A stretch of 63,791 bases of DNA, the filler included, from Folioceros fuciformis (taxonomy: Eukaryota), in NCBI GenBank assembly GCA_049999805.1. It is 8 parts of 8 records of this genome, joined end to end, with 100 filler letters (N's around TTAATTAATTAA, not from the genome) between each part and the next. Parts side by side here need not be neighbours in the genome. Positions count along the whole stretch, not along the records: positions 62,236 to 63,791 come from JBNGIO010005833.1; 7 more parts are not named here. One strand, written 5' to 3'. The translations under genes were made by a program, and so were the position numbers. Within the stretch, counting starts at the first letter, position 1. Every line of letters begins with the position of its first letter. Below the pieces are notes generated by a model that saw only the letters and a list, made by a program, of their open reading frames with translations, made no database searches and was not told the DNA's origin. Of this stretch, positions 62,236-63,791 are shown one piece after another.

Positions 62236-63791
62236 AGGCTCGACATGGAACTTGTCCAGATGGATGTGAAGTCGGCATTTTTGCATGGTGATCTCCAGGA
62301 AGAGGTATTCATGCAACAACCAGAGGGTTTCATTGAGAAGGGCAAAGAGAATCTAGTGAGCAGGCTAAAGAAGAGCCTTTATGGTTTAAAGCAGGCACCC
62401 AAGGAGTGGTATTTCAAGTTCCACTCATTTATGCTTTCTCAAGGCTACAAGCGTAGCGCTGAGGATCATTGCCTCTATACGAAGCAAGCTAAGGATGGAA
62501 GCTTGCTCATTCTGGTCCTCTATGTGGATAATATGCTAATTGCTGGGACTAACAGTGATGAGATTTCAACGTTGAAGTCAAAGTTGAATGGTCGCTTTGA
62601 CATGACAGACTTGGGAGAGGCAAGCCATATTCTTGGCATGCGTATTCGTCGAAATAGACAGAAGCGTTTGCTGTACTTGTCTCAAACTGAATACATTAAC
62701 AAGGTGCTTCAACGCTTCAATATGGAGAAGGGGAAGGTATTAAGTACTCTATTGCCTCTATATGTGAAACTGTCGAGCAAGGATTGCCCAAGCTCTGCGG
62801 AGGACAAAGCTGAAATGGAGAAGGTTCCATACTCATCAGCTGTAGGGAGTTTGATGTATGCAATGATTGCTACACGTCCTGACATTGCCTTTGCAGTGGG
62901 AGTGGTTAGCAGGTTTATGTCAAACCCTGGCAGGAAGCATTGGGAGGCAGTGAAAAGAGTTATGAGGTACTTGAATGGTACAAAAGCTTTGTGCTTATGT
63001 TTTGGTAGTGAAGATGCATCTGTCGTGGGCTATACGGATGCTGATTATGCACGGGATATGGACAAAAGGAGGTCCACATCAGGCTATGTCTTCATGTGCA
63101 CTGGAGGCGCAGTTTCATGGCGATCGCGTTTGCAATCGTGCATAACGCTATCTACCACAGAGGCCGAGTATGTTGCAGCGACTGAGGCGTGCAAGGAAGC
63201 CATGTGGCTTGCTCGTTTAGTGGGAGATTTGGGGATCAAGGTTGAGCTGCTAGTGTTGCATTGTGATAGCCAGTCAGTCACCAGTCAGAGCCCTGCAGAT
63301 GTTCTCACTAAGGGGCTCTCTTTGGAACAATTCGCACAAGCTCGGAAAGGGAAAACCATTGCACAAGAGAAAAAGACCGTTAAGATACTTACGGTTTGCC
63401 TCAACACCCAGATGCACCAAGCTTCGGGGTGGTATCTAGATAGCGGAGCCACCGCCCACATTTGTAATGACCGTACTCTATTCACCAAGCTGGACACACG
63501 TCCCCTCAGAGAAAGGGTGCTCCTTGGTGATAAACAAAGTAGGTCTAGCTTGCCTATTGAGGGACAAGGCACTTGCGAATTCTCCCTTAAGGATGGTTCG
63601 GTGCTTATATTGGAGCCTGTGCTCCTCGTCCCTCGCATGGGCAAAAATCTCGTCTCCATGACCCAGCTTTTGAAGCATGGCGATCTTGAGATGCTTGTCA
63701 AAAGGGGGTCATGCCGTTTCTTCCGGGCCACCAACCCTGAGCAGTGCCTCTTCACCATTGATCCTCAGGACAGTCTCTATAAGCTATCCTT
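62236..63791 (+). mobile_element. Chimeric copia sequence: family-B RT-RNase H fused in frame to the protease of another copia family
   Basis: Manual translation from 62245 shows no stop to the window end: QMDVKSAFLHG...YVDN...TDADYA...DVLTK...ILTVCL...WYLDSGAT. Confidence 0.88.

Overview
Land-plant nuclear DNA, most likely a hornwort. That is inferred from an intronless PLS-PPR gene ending in a KP-clade DYW domain with a GRP terminus. The draft scaffold has seven 100-nt gaps carrying a TTAATTAATTAA linker and two 10-N gaps. Most of the window is a nested pile of degenerate Ty1/copia LTR retrotransposons from several families, including a solo LTR and an internally deleted element, each with a visible 5-bp TSD, plus a LINE 3' fragment. 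A gene island at about 25-45 kb holds four loci: (1) a PPR-DYW:GRP candidate U-to-C RNA-editing factor, (2) a class II trehalose-6-phosphate synthase (3 exons), (3) an F-box gene, and (4) a tandemly duplicated, disrupted LRR receptor-like kinase. The most notable observation is an OSB-type 'PDF' single-stranded-DNA-binding motif fused to the N-terminus of the editing PPR protein. Also of note are an uninterrupted chimeric RT-RNaseH-protease ORF at the right edge, missing from the ORF track, and a tRNA-like sequence in a retroelement leader.
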